Part shown: in pieces, positions 17,587 through 27,741 of the stretch | Position numbering within the stretch: the first letter of the stretch is position 1 | How the letters are laid out: every line of letters starts with the position of its first letter | Assembly (NCBI GenBank): GCA_013314775.1 | Contig: JABUFB010000002.1 | Location: forward strand, 122,576 to 186,575 | DNA length: 64,000 nt | Reading direction: 5' to 3' | Source: Armatimonadota bacterium | GTDB lineage: Bacteria > Armatimonadota > Zipacnadia > Zipacnadales > JABUFB01 | Made by a program: the position numbers and the translations under genes | Notes under the pieces: generated by a model | Database searches by the model: none | What the model was told of the DNA's origin: nothing | What the model saw: the letters and a program-made list of their open reading frames with translations, nothing else

Positions 17587-19860
17587 CTACACCATGAGCG
17601 CTTTGATATTCGCCAGGATCTTCTCGGGCGTCGGCAGATTCTCCTCCTCGAGGGTGGCCGCCATTGGTGGGGGCACATCGTGTGCGGACACGATGCGCGC
17701 GGGCTTCTTCAGGGATGCGAAACAACGCTCCTGCACTTTGTAGGCGATGTGTTCGGCGAAACAACCCACGGAGGGCGCCTGCACGACGCAGACCAGCCTT
17801 CCGGTCTTCTCCACCGACGCCGCGATGGTGTCTACGTCCAGCGGCACCAGGGTTCGAGGGTCAACGACCTCGACCGAAATCCCCTCAGCCTCGGCCAGCG
17901 CCGCAGCTTCCATGGCCCGGTGGTACATCCAGCTGTAGGCCACCACTGTGACGTCTGTACCCTCGCGGCCTACTCGAGCGACCCCGATGGGAATGGTGTA
18001 GTCGGTAGCCGGCACTTCGTCGGTGAAGGTGTAGCAGTGTTGATGCTCAATGAACACCACCGGGTTGTCATCGCGGATCGCGGACTTGAGCAGGCCCTTG
18101 ACATCATAGGCGGTGCTGGGGGCGATGACTTTGAGCCCGGGGAACATGGTGGCCACGGCCTCCAGGCTCTGTGAGTGTTGCCCCGCATAGCCTTTCCCGC
18201 CACCGATGGTAGTGCGGACAACCATTGGGAGCTTGGCCTTGCCGCCGAACATGTAGCGGTTCTTCGCGGCCTGGTTGCCAAGCTGGTCCATGGTCATGAG
18301 AATGAAGTCGATATACATCAGCTCAACCACGGGACGCAAGCCGGCCATGGATGCGCCTGCAGCAGTGCCGATTATCGCGGCTTCGGAGATCGCGGTATTG
18401 AAGACCCGCTCGCGCCCGAAGACCTCGAACAACCCCTTGGTAGCCTGGAAAGCGCCGCCGTAATCGGCCACATCCTCACCGTACAGGACCACGCGCTTGT
18501 CGCGCAGCATCTCCTCCATGAGCGCCTCGATGACCGCGTGGCGGTACAGGATGCGACCCTGTGCATCGCGCTTCTGCACGAAAGGCTCGGAGACGAGGGA
18601 CTCCCTCGGGGTTGCCCATTTCGGATCGAGGTCGTCGGAGGTAGTGTCCGCGAACAGGCCCTCGTAGATGGTGGACGGGTCGGGATCATGGGCCTCGTAC
18701 GCGAACAGGGTCGCGCGCTCGATGCGCTCACGGGCGATATCCCGGATGAGCCGGATTTCGTCCTTGGAGGCGACCTCGTGCTTCACGAGAGCGGTTGCGT
18801 AGAGCTTGATCGGGTCAACCTTCTGCCAGGCGTCCTCTTCTTCCTGGCTGCGGTAGGTCTCCCGGGTGTCGCTCAGGGAATGGCCCATATAGCGGTAGGT
18901 CATGCACTCGAGCAGCACGGGCCCCTGTCCATTCCGGCACAGGTCGGCCGCGCGGGAGACTGCGTCGCGCACCGCCAGGACGTCCATTCCGTTGACCACT
19001 TCGGCGTGCATGTTCTGCAGGTTGTAGCCCGCTCCGCGCCGCGCGAGGTAATCAACGCCCGTAACCTCGCCGCGTTCCTGCCCGGTCATGCCATACTGGT
19101 TATTCTCGATGAGGAAGATCACCGGGCAGCCTTGCTTGAACTGAGCCATGCTGGCGAAGTTGTAAGCCTCGTGAGCGATACCATTGTTGGTGGCGCCATC
19201 GCCGACGATGCATAGGCAGAGGCGGTCCTGCCCAAGCTTCATGGACGCGAGCGCAGCACCCACGGCGATTGCATACGAGCCGCCGACGATGGCATTTGCC
19301 CCGAGATGCCCGGCGTGGAAGTCGGCGATGTGCATGCCGCCGCCACGACCCCGGCAATAGCCCTCTTCCTTCCCGAATAGCTCGGCCATGGTCCGGTTGA
19401 GGTGCTCCTGGATCGCGCAGTCCAGCAGTCCACGGGGATCACCAGGGTCGCCCTGCTGGTTCACGAACTCCATCAAGAACTTGGCGTCGGCATTTTCCAG
19501 GGCGTAAGCGCCTTTGGCGATGGAGTGGCCATGCCCGCGGTGGGTGCTGGTGATGTAGTCATCGCCACGCAGGGCGGATATTGCGCCGACCGCGACTGCC
19601 TCCTGCCCGATGGACAGGTGAGTGGCGCCGATGAACTTGTAACGGGTGAGGGGTTCGAACTTCCCGTTCTTGAGCTTGATGATCATCTCCTCGAAATTGC
19701 GGATGGTGAGCATGTACTCGAGGAGCTTCAGAGCATCGGTGCGGCCCAGACCCGCGGCCATGGCGCTCTTGAGATCGCCGTCGTACTGGAACAGTGGAAT
19801 GGGGGCGAAGGTGATTTCACCCCGGGGAAAAACGGGCAGAACATCGATGTCTCTTGGCAT
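17587..19860 (-). CDS. TPP-dependent 2-oxoacid dehydrogenase E1 component, fused alpha and beta subunits (pyruvate/acetoin/branched-chain type)
   Basis: N-terminal half ...[44 protein letters not shown]... is the E1 alpha TPP-binding fold. The C-terminal half ...[56 protein letters not shown]... is E1 beta/transketolase-like, and ...[23 protein letters not shown]... is the transketolase C-terminal domain. The start was placed at MPRDIDVL (19860) rather than the upstream Met at 19932. Confidence 0.9.
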   Translation of the reverse strand: [757 protein letters not shown]

Positions 19861-20116
19861 TGAGGCACTCCCTGTATTCACGGGCCGGCACATCGGCCGG
19901 GTCCGTAATCTGTGGCCGGACGGCACTCGCACCGCCCGCGAGTTTCAACGGGGAAACCATACGACCCATCGGCAACCGCGCCTAGACTCGTCCCGACGGG
20001 GCATTATGCCATAAGCCGCCCATGAAAGAAAGACCACCGTGCCGCATTCATTGGGCTAATCCGGTGATCTTGTTGCTGTTGTGCGCATGGACGGCTGCCA
20101 GCTTCGGCGAGCACTC

Positions 20117-20368
20117 TTACTTTTCAGGCTTATCGGCGCTCTCTTCTTCCGGGACCTCTTCCGTGGTCGGCTCGGCTTTTGCTGCCTTCTCCTCTTCGGG
20201 CTCCTCCCAGACTTTGCCCCGTCCGCCACAGTAAGAGCACCGGACCGCCGACCACGAACCGCGGCCCATCCCGGCGGCCTGCATGCAGGCTTTGCAGCCC
20301 CTGCCGCCGCTCTTGGTGCAGTTCTTCTTCCCGCCACAATGCGGGCAATCCACGAGTTTCCTTGCCAT
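20117..20368 (-). CDS. small DnaJ-type zinc-finger (CxxCxGxG repeat) protein with an acidic tail
   Basis: 83 aa with CPHCGGKK, CKAC, CSYCGGRGKV motifs. GGGAGG lies 6 nt upstream of the ATG. Confidence 0.55.
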   Translation of the reverse strand: MARKLVDCPHCGGKKNCTKSGGRGCKACMQAAGMGRGSWSAVRCSYCGGRGKVWEEPEEEKAAKAEPTTEEVPEEESADKPEK

Positions 20369-20418
20369 ATTAGCCTCCCTGCTGCCTTTGTGTCATCGCC
20401 ATCCTGGAGGACATAGGC

Positions 20419-21420
20419 CTACTGCTCTTCGGCCTTCTCCGAACTGTCTGTGTCCTGCTCAAGCACTCGGCTGGGCGTCGAAACGGGCGCAGCTGCAAGC
20501 CCGGCCCGACGAGCCAGTCTGTCCAGTGTCTGCAACGCCTCGGCGTGCTTTGGCGAATCCTCGGGTGTGAGGCGTGCGACGGTTTCGAACATCACCATCG
20601 CTGCCGCGATTTCCCCGCGCTCGGCATACAGCCATCCGAGCACTCGGTGAAGCTCAACGTGCCCCACATCTTTGCCCTGCGCCCGGGCGTCGCGCAGGGC
20701 CTGCTCGAGGATTTGCACAGCCCGGTCCTGCTCCCCGCTCTCCTTGGCTATCTTCGCCCGGGCCACAGCCAATTCCAGATTGCTGTCATAGTTCGGATCG
20801 TTCGAGACCGGGTCAGGATCGTCGGTGACCACAAGCTCTGGCGAGGGCGAGGCTTCCGCGATCTGCGCTGAGACCGGCGGAAACAGCCAATGCCAAAGCG
20901 CCACGGCGAGCACGATCCAGATCGCCGCTCCCAGGACGGCGAGAAAGCTCAGTGCTCCCCGCGAAAACGCCCGCAACTTGCCGGAAGCTCCCAAGGCGGT
21001 CATGAGCGACAGGCCCAGCATTGGCGATAGGATCGCCGCGGCCATGCTCTGGGCGATCTGCGCCACCGCCTCGCCCCGATCGTACTGCTCGTCTTGGCTC
21101 TCCATGACGAAGGGCCAAACGAGCCATTCCAGATGCGCACCGACATCGGCTACCCAGTCGGGCGCTAATGTCTCCAGGGACCGCCTGCCCCAGCCCCAGG
21201 CGCACGAGAAAAGTGCGCCCAGTCCTGCGCAGGCCGTCAGGGTTGCTACTGCACGCGCCCGGCTTTCCGCAAAAGGCGCGCCGCCCATGATGAGAAATAC
21301 CCACAGCGCCGCTCCCGCCAGCAGTCCGACCAGCAGGGCAAGATAGATGCCCTCCCAGAAGATGCCTGCAATGCGCGGATCTCGCTTGCGCCTGGGACGG
21401 TATGGCGTGACCGTCGTCAA
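20419..21420 (-). CDS. integral membrane protein (4-5 TM) with a C-terminal TPR-like domain
   Basis: Hydrophobic helices (IFWEGIYLALLVGLLAGAALWVFLIMGG..., LSFLAVLGAAIWIVLAVALWHWLF), then cytoplasmic TPR-like ...LELAVARAKIAKESGEQDRAVQILEQALRDA.... It lies 50 nt upstream of the small zinc-finger gene on the same strand. Confidence 0.6.
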   Translation of the reverse strand: MTTVTPYRPRRKRDPRIAGIFWEGIYLALLVGLLAGAALWVFLIMGGAPFAESRARAVATLTACAGLGALFSCAWGWGRRSLETLAPDWVADVGAHLEWLVWPFVMESQDEQYDRGEAVAQIAQSMAAAILSPMLGLSLMTALGASGKLRAFSRGALSFLAVLGAAIWIVLAVALWHWLFPPVSAQIAEASPSPELVVTDDPDPVSNDPNYDSNLELAVARAKIAKESGEQDRAVQILEQALRDARAQGKDVGHVELHRVLGWLYAERGEIAAAMVMFETVARLTPEDSPKHAEALQTLDRLARRAGLAAAPVSTPSRVLEQDTDSSEKAEEQ

Positions 21421-21608
21421 CTCGCCTCAACTCCACCAACTCGGCGGCCGGCTTCTCAAACCAACCTGCGCCCTCAAGACGCTCGGAGTCATATTACCAC
21501 ATCCGCAATCGGTGCGTCGAAGGCCTGCACAGAATCATCCCTCGTCATCTCCGTTGGGTGTGCTGTCATACCGGGGAGGGGATAGTCCTCCAGGCGCGAA
21601 GTGGTTGA

Positions 21609-22487
21609 ATGCAGGAGACAGTGGGAGGGCATATTCAGGTGACGACGAGTGCGGATGAGACCGTCAGCAAGGTCCGGGTCGGCGATGTGAATCTGGCATA
21701 CTCCTACGCAGGCGCAGGCCCGCCGGTGCTGCTGGTCCACGGTTTCGGCCAGAGCTCGTACGCTTGGCGGGACATCGTGCGCGCGATACCAGGCCACCGG
21801 GTACTCACCGTGGACCTGAAAGGGTACGGTTGGTCAGACAAGCCCCGGGACGGTGATTACGGGCTGTTCTCGCAGGCAGCACTGATCCGTGAGTTCATCC
21901 TGACCCTCGGGCTGCGCGACCTTGTGCTCGTCGGACACAGTTTCGGCGGCGGCGTCTCGCTGGTGGTTGCTGCAGATCTGTGCGAGACCGACCCTGCACG
22001 TCTGCGCGGGCTGGTGCTCGTGGATAGTGCGGCGCTTCCGCAGAGATTGCCTTACTTCCTTTACCTGCTGCGGCCGCGGGGGCTGGCGGAGGCGCTGGTT
22101 CATCTTGCGCCGCTGCGTCTTGCCGCTGCGGTCGCGCTCCGACTGGCCTGCCGACAGCCCCGCGCGTACACCTGGGAAGTGGCCGGCGCGTACGCATCCA
22201 CGGTTGCCCTCCCGGGTGGGCGCGAAGCAATGCTGGCCACTGCGCGGCAGATGATCCCGCGGGATATCGACGCCCTGTCGGCACGCTATGCGGCGATCAA
22301 CATCCCCGCATTGCTCATCTGGGGCAGGCAAGACCCCATCGTGCCGCTGAACGTGGGGGAGAGGCTGGTGAAGCTCCTGCCCTCGGCGCAGCTGCAGATC
22401 CTCGACGACTGCGGGCATTGCCCCCACGAGGAGCATCCAGAGCAAACGGCGCGCCTTCTGAACGAATTCCTTGGCGAGCTGGGCTGA
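21609..22487 (+). CDS. alpha/beta-fold hydrolase
   Basis: PPVLLVHGFGQSSYAWRDIV (HG oxyanion), LVGHSFGGGVSL (GxSxG nucleophile elbow), C-terminal DDCGHCPHEEHP (catalytic His region). Confidence 0.8.
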   Translation: MQETVGGHIQVTTSADETVSKVRVGDVNLAYSYAGAGPPVLLVHGFGQSSYAWRDIVRAIPGHRVLTVDLKGYGWSDKPRDGDYGLFSQAALIREFILTLGLRDLVLVGHSFGGGVSLVVAADLCETDPARLRGLVLVDSAALPQRLPYFLYLLRPRGLAEALVHLAPLRLAAAVALRLACRQPRAYTWEVAGAYASTVALPGGREAMLATARQMIPRDIDALSARYAAINIPALLIWGRQDPIVPLNVGERLVKLLPSAQLQILDDCGHCPHEEHPEQTARLLNEFLGELG

Positions 22488-22518
22488 CCCCGCCGCCAAC
22501 GAACGGAGACTATCGGGA

Positions 22519-23217
22519 ATGACCCTGGCCAGACAGTTCACCATCGACCTCGTGACCTTCGACCTCGCGGGAACCACCGTTGCCGATGAGGACATGGTGG
22601 AGAAGGCCTTCATGGACGCCTTCGCCGAGCACGGGATCGGCGCGCGTGAGGACGAGTTGCTGCCCTACCGAGGCTCGGCCAAGCGCCCCATCATCGAGGC
22701 GATGATCGCCCGGCATTGCCCGGATGCTGCCCCCGAGTTAGCGGACAAGACAATGGGTAGCTTCGAGCGCAACCTGCGGCGGCTGATCGACGAGATCGCC
22801 CGACCCATGGACGGGGCGGACGCGACCTTCGCGTGGCTGAAAAAGCACGGCATTCGGGTCGGGGTCACCACGGGCTTCGATACACCCACCACCCGGCGCA
22901 TCCTGGCGAGGTTCGGTTGGGACCAGGGCCTGGTAGAGGCAGTCTGCTGTAGCGACCAGGTGCCCGAGAGCCGCCCTGCGCCCTGGATGATCTTCGAGTG
23001 CATGAAAACTCTGGATATCCACGAGCCGCGCCGGGTCATGGCCGTCGGAGACACCCCGCGAGACCTGCAAGCGGGAACGCGCGCGGGTTGCGGCGGCGTG
23101 GTCGGGGTTCTGTCTGGCTCGCACGACGCGATTTCACTGGGAAGACACCGCCACACACACCTGATCCGGAGCGTGGCGGATCTGCCGGAGTTGATGATGA
23201 CCGAGTTCGCGGAGTAG
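22519..23217 (+). CDS. HAD-superfamily hydrolase (subfamily IA; phosphonatase/beta-phosphoglucomutase-like)
   Basis: VTFDLAGTTVADEDMV is HAD motif I (DxxGT). ...GVTTGFDTPTTRRIL... and ...MAVGDTPRDLQAG... are motifs III/IV. The start was placed at MTLARQF (22519) to avoid overlap with the upstream gene. Confidence 0.75.
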   Translation: MTLARQFTIDLVTFDLAGTTVADEDMVEKAFMDAFAEHGIGAREDELLPYRGSAKRPIIEAMIARHCPDAAPELADKTMGSFERNLRRLIDEIARPMDGADATFAWLKKHGIRVGVTTGFDTPTTRRILARFGWDQGLVEAVCCSDQVPESRPAPWMIFECMKTLDIHEPRRVMAVGDTPRDLQAGTRAGCGGVVGVLSGSHDAISLGRHRHTHLIRSVADLPELMMTEFAE

Positions 23218-23326
23218 CGGAGCGGGTATCGCCGCCATTCGGAACGGTTGTGCTTCTCGAAACGATGTGTGCTGCAAAGCACCGCAGGCGGGGCTTTGCG
23301 TGGCTTCCGCGCCTCTCGGGCCCGGG

Positions 23327-23887
23327 CTATTCCAGCCGTTCCCCCGTTCCCAGGTCGACCAGCCACGCCTGGCCGTCCTCGATTACCGCGCAGGTGGGGC
23401 GTCGCTTGCTCTCATCCGGATCCAGCGGGTATGTGGGAGTGCCCGGGTTGATGTGGGTGCAGCAGCCGTGGGGAATGATCCCCGGCACGTGGGTGTGCCC
23501 GGTGAGCAGCCAGTTCACGCCCCATTTCTCGCAGAGGGGGAAAAGCTGATCCGGCGCCATGATGTGCCCGTGGGTCGCCAGTAGACGTACGCCCTCGATC
23601 TGCGCGAACAGGTACGGAGTCTGGATTGGCGGATTGACCACAAGCTGATCGACTTCGGAATCGCCATTGCCCTTTGCGATGAGGAGGGGTTGCGACACTG
23701 CGTTCATCGCTTCGGCCAGAGCTTTCGGGTCGTATGCCTCAGCAGGCTTGAACTTCGGGCCGTGGTACAGCAGGTCGCCACAGTGCACGATCACATCCGC
23801 GTCCCGCAGCGCATGGGCCCAGGCCCGCTCCCAGCCCCACAGATTCCCGTGTGTGTCGCTGATGACGCCGATTCGCATGGGGAGCAC
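23327..23887 (-). CDS. metallophosphoesterase (YfcE-like calcineurin-fold phosphodiesterase)
   Basis: MRIGVISDTHGN ... VHCGDLLYHG ... GNGD ... ATHGHIM ... LTGHTHVPG are the canonical MPP metal-binding motifs. Confidence 0.8.
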   Translation of the reverse strand: MLPMRIGVISDTHGNLWGWERAWAHALRDADVIVHCGDLLYHGPKFKPAEAYDPKALAEAMNAVSQPLLIAKGNGDSEVDQLVVNPPIQTPYLFAQIEGVRLLATHGHIMAPDQLFPLCEKWGVNWLLTGHTHVPGIIPHGCCTHINPGTPTYPLDPDESKRRPTCAVIEDGQAWLVDLGTGERLE

Positions 23888-23894
23888 CTCCGGG

Positions 23895-25841
23895 CTACCA
23901 CGTGGTCTCCGGGCTCAACTGCCAGTTCATGTCAAAATACCCCGCCACCAGGTGGCGGTTGGTGTCGTCGTAGTTGAACTCCTTGCCGTCGAACACGATG
24001 AAGTCCGGGATCAGGTCATGCTTGTGGTTGATCCCGCATTTCGCGCCATACAGCTCGCCCGAATACACCGCCACGTACCTGTCCGGCGCGAGAGGGTTCG
24101 GGTAGCAGAAGACCAGGCCGATGTCACTGCCAGTGTAGGTCTTCCCGGCGAGAGTGTAGCTGGACCCGCCGATGGTGATAGGCAGGCGGTCGGCCATGCG
24201 GGCGAGGACCGAGTTGCTCGCCGGAGTGCCGAACAGCACCAGGTTGTACTGCCGGATGTCTTCCTCGCTGACCTCCGCATCGATCTTCACCCGGGGCACG
24301 CCGTCGGCAAAGCTGTCCCATTCCTCCGACCAACGCAATGCCCTCTCGGTGTTCTCGCGGTCGGCTTTCTCGTCGCCCAAGGTGCCGATGACCACTACGA
24401 AAGGCCCGTCGAAGACTTCTTCCACCGGGCCGCAGAGCCCCTTGCGCTTACGCGGGGGCCAGGTGGTGTCCTGGGCCTGGACATCGGCGCAGGTGATCTG
24501 GAGTCTGCCTTCGGAGGATACCCGCGCGGTGCCGCGCTTGCCGTTGACCACGATGTCAAAGTTCTGTGTCTTCTTCAGCGGCGCGGTGGCGAGATCGATC
24601 TCCAGGAGCCGGACGTTCTCGCAGGCTATCCGCAGGCCCGAGCCGTTCCCGCTCACCTGGCAGTCCACACTGGCCGGGATGCCCCACCGCAGGAAGTCGG
24701 CGATGCGCAGCCAGTAGGCGGTGTCATATTCCAGGCTGTAGGTCTTGTGGGTGATGCGCCTGGGCGACGGGTCCAGCGTGAAGCCCTTGGCCCAACTCCA
24801 GGCGTTCTGGAAGCACGGCAGGTCCCAGTAGATGTAGTGCCCCTCGCCCTTGAACTCGTGGATTTTAATGTTTATTCCCAGCCGCCGTGCGGCCTCGACC
24901 ATGTCGCGTGACTGCTGGACCGGGATGAGGTTGTCCTCTTCGCCATGCTGTACGAAAATGTTCTGGTTGCGTGCGCTGGGGACGAGATCAATCGGATTGT
25001 CCCACTCTACCAGGAACCTGCGGAAAGGCGGGATCTGATCGCGACTCGCGGGCCAGTTGGGCAGTGCGCGGGGCCACCAGACGTGCATATCGGTCTGGCC
25101 TGAAATCGGCGTGGCGGTGGCGTACATGCCGGGGTGCCGCAAGGCCATGTTCCAGGTGCCCATGCCGCCCATGGATACCCCGCTGATGTGAATGCGCAAG
25201 GGGTCGATATTGTAAAGGCTCTTGACCTGTTCGGTGGCGGCGAGCACGTCAACCTCGCCCACGCCCTGGAAGTCCGTATTGCGCCGGCCGTAGGGGATCA
25301 GCAGGATGCACCCATTGTCCTCGGCGATCTGGCAGACGCTCTCGCTGAGGATCCACGGGTCCAGGACAGAGATGGTGGGTACATAGCCGTGGAGGAAGAC
25401 AATGAGCGGCCAAGGCTTCGCGGGGTCGTAGTCGGCGGGCAGGTGCAGGTAGTACGGCTGCACGGAGCCGTCATTCTCGGCAACGTACGCCAGCTCGTCG
25501 AGCACAGTCTTCTCGGCGAAGTAGGGGGTTCCGGCCTGCAGCCGATCCAGCGCCGCGAAACCCTTCTCCAGTGTTTTCGCGGGGCTCTCGCCATAATATC
25601 CCCAGCGTCTGGCTGCCGCAAGTTCCGCCTTCTTGAGCTGCAGCTTCGCGAGGGGCATATTGGTGCGGTAGGCGAGAGTAGAGCGGTCGATGTCCGAGGC
25701 CTCGATGCGGTTGATCGCCGCCTCGAGGTCATCTGCAGTCCTCCCTGCGGCCGGAGCACCGTTTTGAGCGGTGCAGGAGGCGCAGATGATTACAGCAAGG
25801 GCGACCGGAACTCTGAACCACGCGGAGCCGGCACTATACAA
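23895..25841 (-). CDS. secreted carbohydrate-esterase-like alpha/beta hydrolase with a C-terminal beta-rich domain
   Basis: Signal peptide MYSAGSAWFRVPVALAVIICASC. YYLHLPADYDPAKPWPLIVFLHGY and GVSMGGMGTW (GxSxG) are typical of CE1/PHB-depolymerase-like esterases. Confidence 0.75.
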   Translation of the reverse strand: MYSAGSAWFRVPVALAVIICASCTAQNGAPAAGRTADDLEAAINRIEASDIDRSTLAYRTNMPLAKLQLKKAELAAARRWGYYGESPAKTLEKGFAALDRLQAGTPYFAEKTVLDELAYVAENDGSVQPYYLHLPADYDPAKPWPLIVFLHGYVPTISVLDPWILSESVCQIAEDNGCILLIPYGRRNTDFQGVGEVDVLAATEQVKSLYNIDPLRIHISGVSMGGMGTWNMALRHPGMYATATPISGQTDMHVWWPRALPNWPASRDQIPPFRRFLVEWDNPIDLVPSARNQNIFVQHGEEDNLIPVQQSRDMVEAARRLGINIKIHEFKGEGHYIYWDLPCFQNAWSWAKGFTLDPSPRRITHKTYSLEYDTAYWLRIADFLRWGIPASVDCQVSGNGSGLRIACENVRLLEIDLATAPLKKTQNFDIVVNGKRGTARVSSEGRLQITCADVQAQDTTWPPRKRKGLCGPVEEVFDGPFVVVIGTLGDEKADRENTERALRWSEEWDSFADGVPRVKIDAEVSEEDIRQYNLVLFGTPASNSVLARMADRLPITIGGSSYTLAGKTYTGSDIGLVFCYPNPLAPDRYVAVYSGELYGAKCGINHKHDLIPDFIVFDGKEFNYDDTNRHLVAGYFDMNWQLSPETTW

Positions 25842-25846
25842 GATGA

Positions 25847-27526
25847 TCAGTCCTCTTGGGGGACGAGCTGGATAATATTGCGCTTCCCGGCGGCTTCGTA
25901 GAAGGCGTCAATGTTCTCGGCCACCGGCACCAAATAGTTCTCGCGCGAAAAATACTGGAGCTTCCCGGAGAGCTGGTCTGCCTGCTCGGGCGTCAGTTGC
26001 CACCAGGATGCCCCGTGACCGTAGATCCAGCAATAATCGTCGGAGTAAGTGCGGATCGCGGCAAGCTGGGTCTCGAACTCCTCCACCGGATAGCGGGCAC
26101 TCTTATCGGCGTAAGAGCCCACGATCTGGTTCCCGAAGGTCTCTGCTCGTCCGGACCAGCCCAGGAACTTGCCGTCCGCGTCCTTGATTGCTCGGTAGTA
26201 ACCTAACGGCCAGGCGGCAAGAGCCACGCGTCCGCGTCTGTTCCAGGACTCCAGCGCGCGACCGTCCAGCAGGGCCCGGGCGGTGTTGCGCACGGCTGCC
26301 GCATGGTCGCGGATGTTGTCGGGGTCTCGTTCGGAGTAAGTGCCCTCGCAGAAGATGTGAACCTTTCCCGGGTACTGCCCCTCTTCAAGGCCTTCGAGAA
26401 GCCCGGCGAAAAGTTCCGTCCAGAGCGGCCCGTAGTAAACCATGCCCTCGGGCAGGACGCCAAGGTCCAGGTCCGCCAGCTCCTCGGCCAGTACCGTACC
26501 CACAGTCCGCCAGCGCTCCCGGAACTTCGCCGCAAGGGCTTCTCGGCCGCCCTCGAACTCACTGTAGCCCTCCCACTGGTACTGGTACTGCTCGGACACA
26601 TACTCGGTGTCGATAGCCAGCATACGGAAACCGGCGAGGCGTGCGAAGCGCGCCCCTTCGCGGAAATTGCTGGTGAGCAGGCCCCAGGCCTCGTCGTCAG
26701 CGGGATCAGGCAACTGGGTGTAGAAGGCGACTTTGAGGACATTGTGGGACAGACCCTCCTCCGCCGATCGGGCCAGGGCCTGACGCACCTCCTCCAGCAG
26801 CCTGTCTCCATCGCCCTGGTCTGGGTCATCATCCAGGGACCAGATGTCGGTAATCCAGTCGTGAAACAGGTAACTGTGGAAGAACCCCGCGAAGCCTCTG
26901 CGCACCCATGTTCGTGCTGTCTGTGCAGCATAGTTCGTATTGCCGCAGAAGTAGAGCATTTTCGGCTGAATTTCGGGATCACGAGGGTCGGGGATAAGTT
27001 TCGCCCGGACGGACGGCAGTCTTACGAGTGCGACATCATCGAACCACACGCTGCCCGGCTCTCCACCGAAATGCTGGATGTTGATCTCCGCGTTCAATCG
27101 CTTCTGGTTGACGGAGTGCTCGAACTCCACCGTCGTCCAGCGATCGGTGACCAGCAGTGGAGGTGAGTAGCGGTCGGCCAGATAGGCGCGCACCAGGGCT
27201 TTGCGGCCGTTTTCGGCGCGCGCAGAGAAGCGTATGGCATAGCGCCCGGGCTCCAGGGGCACGCGGGTATAGACGCCAGGCCGGGATGATCCGTCCCGGC
27301 TATCGGCCCGCAGGGATGCCTCGCCGGAGTTTGCGAACTCGGTGCTGCGCGATGAGACACCGTCGGAGCCGGCGGCGCCCCAGTTGTAAGAGGCCCAGCC
27401 TTCGGGCAGGCCCCCCTCGCCCAGCTGTTCGAAGCCCGGGTTCGGCAGGTCCACGGCGACGGCGGCGGATGTGAGGATGAGTGCGAGAATGAATGGTGCG
27501 GCGGAAATCGCTTTCATTACTCCCAA
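25847..27526 (-). CDS. secreted protein with an N-terminal CBM-like beta-sandwich and a putative glycoside-hydrolase-like domain
   Basis: Signal peptide MKAISAAPFILALILTSAAVA. NPGFEQLGEGGLPEGWASYNWG resembles CBM4/9-type modules. The rest is Trp/Tyr/Asp-rich as in glycosidases. Confidence 0.6.
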   Translation of the reverse strand: MGVMKAISAAPFILALILTSAAVAVDLPNPGFEQLGEGGLPEGWASYNWGAAGSDGVSSRSTEFANSGEASLRADSRDGSSRPGVYTRVPLEPGRYAIRFSARAENGRKALVRAYLADRYSPPLLVTDRWTTVEFEHSVNQKRLNAEINIQHFGGEPGSVWFDDVALVRLPSVRAKLIPDPRDPEIQPKMLYFCGNTNYAAQTARTWVRRGFAGFFHSYLFHDWITDIWSLDDDPDQGDGDRLLEEVRQALARSAEEGLSHNVLKVAFYTQLPDPADDEAWGLLTSNFREGARFARLAGFRMLAIDTEYVSEQYQYQWEGYSEFEGGREALAAKFRERWRTVGTVLAEELADLDLGVLPEGMVYYGPLWTELFAGLLEGLEEGQYPGKVHIFCEGTYSERDPDNIRDHAAAVRNTARALLDGRALESWNRRGRVALAAWPLGYYRAIKDADGKFLGWSGRAETFGNQIVGSYADKSARYPVEEFETQLAAIRTYSDDYCWIYGHGASWWQLTPEQADQLSGKLQYFSRENYLVPVAENIDAFYEAAGKRNIIQLVPQED

Positions 27527-27741
27527 TAGACCTCCGTGGTGTCTGCAAGTTCGCCTCGCGGAGCTGGAATCCTGTGCCTTTCATGGGAGCTTACGAAGAT
27601 ACGGGGCCCGGCCACCTGGACCGGGCCCCGCATCACGGATCGGAAGAGACTGCTGGACCGAAGAAGGCAGAAGACCGCCTACCTCTGAGGTTTTCTCCCC
27701 TCAGGCTCGGCCCTGGCGCAGTCTATGGATGCAATAGCTCG

